DNA of 64,000 nt from Isurus oxyrinchus (lineage: Eukaryota): assembly GCA_026770705.1 (NCBI GenBank), contig JANJGN010000021.1:76384001-76448000 (forward strand), given 5' to 3'. The notes under the pieces were generated by a model, which did not search any database, was not told the origin of the DNA, and saw nothing but the letters and a program-made list of their open reading frames with translations. Below are positions 61,785 to 64,000 of this stretch, piece by piece. The number at the start of each line of letters is the position of its first letter. Positions within the stretch are counted from its first letter, which is position 1. The position numbers and the translations under genes were made by a program.

Positions 61785-61878
61785 GATTCCTCTGGTGGTC
61801 TAGACGACTGGCCACCTGAAGGACCAGAAGAGGAGTTCTCAACTTAAGGTGTGGCCAGCTTGAATTTTGACAAGTGTC

Positions 61879-61889
61879 AAAAGGGGGGA
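61879..61889 (+). other. Retroviral polypurine tract
   Basis: AAAAGGGGGGA immediately followed by C-TGTTA (the LTR start). Confidence 0.9.
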
Positions 61890-61890
61890 C

Positions 61891-62510
61891 TGTTAGGAGG
61901 AAATAAAAAATGCTTAAAGAGAATATAGTAAGAATTTACTGATAAAACCCCTAAAATCTCCAGGCAGACATGGCTGCTAAACATATCAAGAGTTCAAGAT
62001 TACCAGATGAACATTGCACAGCCTTGAGAGTCAGACTGGAGACAAAAGTATGACATAAATTAGATTAAGTGTACTCCTCTCTCAGGTAGGGAAGGGGCAG
62101 ATGGTTTTAGCTTAGATTTGGGAAGATGAACAATGAACAAAGGAGTGGGCGGGGGGCTTTGATGAAACACAGTCTTGAGTTGCAAGAATCAAGGTTCATG
62201 CATACATGCCTTAATCCTGATTGGATAGTATAATTATGTATACATCCTTTAGAATAATTGGTTAGCAAAATTACATGTTTATGTACTCAATAGGATAGAG
62301 ATAATATGGAGCCGGGGTGTCATTTACTGATTGGATGTATTCAAATGTACTATGATAAGAAAAAATACGAAAGTAGTGAAACATAATCAATCAGGGAGCT
62401 GGGTCTTCATTCTTAGGAATAATTGTGGCTCCCTTGCATATGCTGGAATAAAACCGGTTAAAAGGAAGCCTGGGTCTCGTGTGGTCGTTGCAGGATCGGA
62501 GAGTGTAACA
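61891..62510 (+). mobile_element. 3' LTR of the ERV (620 bp)
   Basis: Begins TGTTA right after the PPT and ends TAACA (perfect 5-bp terminal inverted repeat), exactly where the Gypsy integrase similarity resumes. Internal ATTGG boxes (~62220, 62257, 62330), a GC box (gggcgggg ~62147) and AATAAA at 62447. Confidence 0.85.
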
Positions 62511-63478
62511 TCTCCTCTCAGGCCTTATTAAGCTCAATCTCGTCCTGAAATGGTGTTTCATCAGTAACTCCGCAGGTGTGACACCGACTGTTGAGTGAGA
62601 GATGGTCCTATAATGAAAAAGAAAGAATGCTAGCTTGATTGCTAAGGAATCTCCAGTTAACTTCTTCATGCCTGACTTGAACGTTTGAACTGCCCTTTCA
62701 GCCGGTCCATTTGAATAAGGGTGGTATGTACGGTGCAGTTTTTATGAGTGATACTGTTGAGGCTGATAAACCATTGAAACTCAGCACTCATAAATGCTGT
62801 GCTGTTATCGGAAACGATTACTTCTGGTAGTCCGTGAATGGCAAAACTTTGACATAGCTTCTCAATGGTAGCAGAAACTTTGTTCCCATGAAAGGTCCCA
62901 CAGAATCAATGTGTAATCATATCCATGGTCTTCCTGGCAACTCCCAAGGGTGTAACAGAGCTGTTGCAGACAACTTTTGCAGTTGCTGACATTGCACACA
63001 ATTCTTCACTAAACTCTATTTCACCATCCATCCCAGGCCATCATGGAAAGCTAAATGCAATGGTCTTCATTTGGGATATTCTTGAAGGGGCACTGTGTAG
63101 TTCAATTAACAGTGGCTCTCTTCCCTTTGGAGCTACTATCGCTCATGCTCCACACAATAAAATACCATCCTGGCTGGTTATTTCATATCTTCTGTTGAAG
63201 TACAGTTTCATTTCGTCAGGTATAGGCTCTTGTGACCAACCATGAAACACTTGCTTTTGTACTTGAGATAGGACTGGGTCCCTACTTGTCCAGTCTCTGA
63301 TCTGTTGAACACATACCAGCGAGGAATCTATGATATTTAACAGTAAAACAAGTTCTTGTGGGACTGGGACATCCTCATCGTTTTCTTATAAAGGCAAACA
63401 ACTAAGTGCATCAGCATTTGCAATTTGATTTCCAGGTCCATGTATAAAAGTTTACTCATATGCTGCCAGGGTTAAAGC
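62511..63478 (-). mobile_element. Ty3/Gypsy (K02A2.6-like) pol fragment: end of RNase H, integrase zinc-binding region and core; pseudogenised
   Basis: Minus strand: ALTLAAYE*TFIHGPGNQIANADALSCLP...TSRDPVLSQV...DGILLCG...ELH...WPGMDGEIE...CVQCQ...LHPWE.P.RPW..LHID..GPF...FAIHGLPEVIVSDN...YHPYSNGPAERAVQTFK...TPAELLM....RTRLSLIRP. Confidence 0.92.
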
Positions 63479-63479
63479 C

Positions 63480-64000
63480 TTATTTGTGTTTCTGTGCCTT
63501 CTTTCTATGTGCCTCCTTCTTTCTAGCACTGACTTTAATCTCAGCCTTCTTTTCAACTTCAATTTTGGCCAGACTAATCTCAGATGTAAGCTCGGCTTGA
63601 GTGAACTCAATGGTTGGGTCTGAAAACATTTCATCATCTATCTGCTTCTTAGAAGATTCTGTGACTTTTGCCTCTGAAGCCTCTTTGGTTTCAATTAGTT
63701 GATTCTTCAGCTCTTTTTCGTATTTGTTTGCTGCCTCCTGGAAGATTAAGCATTGTTGTGTCTTCTCTGCCAACTCATCCTTCAGTTTATTCAGAGAAGT
63801 GCTGAATTCTACTTTTCCCAGTGGTACAAACTTTAACTTGAGGAAATCTTGTCGTGTGTGAAGGTCTTTCAGCAGGTTTTCTTTCTCCTTTCAAAGGTTG
63901 CTCACCTCGACTCAAACTCTGTCCATAAGCATGGTCTCTTCCAGTTCCTTCTGCTGTTCTACCATCTTTTGACTGAAGACAGCCTGCATTTCTTCAGGTT
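63480..64000 (-). pseudogene. Coiled-coil coding fragment resembling the UACA/RAI14/ANKRD-family coiled-coil region, with in-frame stops; continues beyond the window end
   Basis: One frame reads PEEMQAVFSQKMVEQQKELEE...*VEVSNL*KEKENLLKDLHTRQDFLKLKFVPLGKVEFSTSLNKLKDELAEKTQQCLIFQEAANKYEKELKNQ. This resembles the UACA segment I recall (KELDTIQECIKVKYAP...ELKDQLSEQTQK). The family assignment is from memory and has not been searched. Confidence 0.45.

Overview
Eukaryotic (vertebrate, most likely cartilaginous-fish-like, judged from the repeat families I recognise) repeat-dominated DNA with no intact protein-coding gene that I can support. Bases 1 to about 48780 are one giant GC-rich satellite/minisatellite of a 20-21 bp monomer (consensus GTGCTGAGTGCCAGGGCCCCC), itself a trimer of 7-mers. 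It is organised into nested higher-order repeats: 772 bp x2, about 1.44 kb x2, about 8.5-8.75 kb x3 each containing a 941-942 bp duplication, about 2.9 kb, and about 3.3-3.55 kb x2. The hundreds of ORFs there are by-products of the 21-nt period. The last 15 kb is a mosaic of decayed elements: Tx1-like LINE pieces, CR1 LINE pieces, a 69-bp minisatellite, a 35-bp minisatellite born from CR1 RT sequence, and a Harbinger transposase tail. It also holds an internally deleted endogenous retrovirus (tether/RNase H/integrase, env, PPT and a 620-bp 3' LTR) inserted into a Gypsy (K02A2.6-like) pol fragment, which abuts a UACA-like coiled-coil pseudogene fragment. The best candidates for follow-up are the ERV pairing a class-I-type pol with an atypical long, Cys-rich (foamy/SnRV/F-protein-type) env TM subunit, the Gypsy/host coiled-coil junction, the LINE-derived minisatellite, and a possible ISRE-CCAAT-TATA leader exon (alternatively a decayed Ig V-like domain) at about 54.2-54.5 kb.
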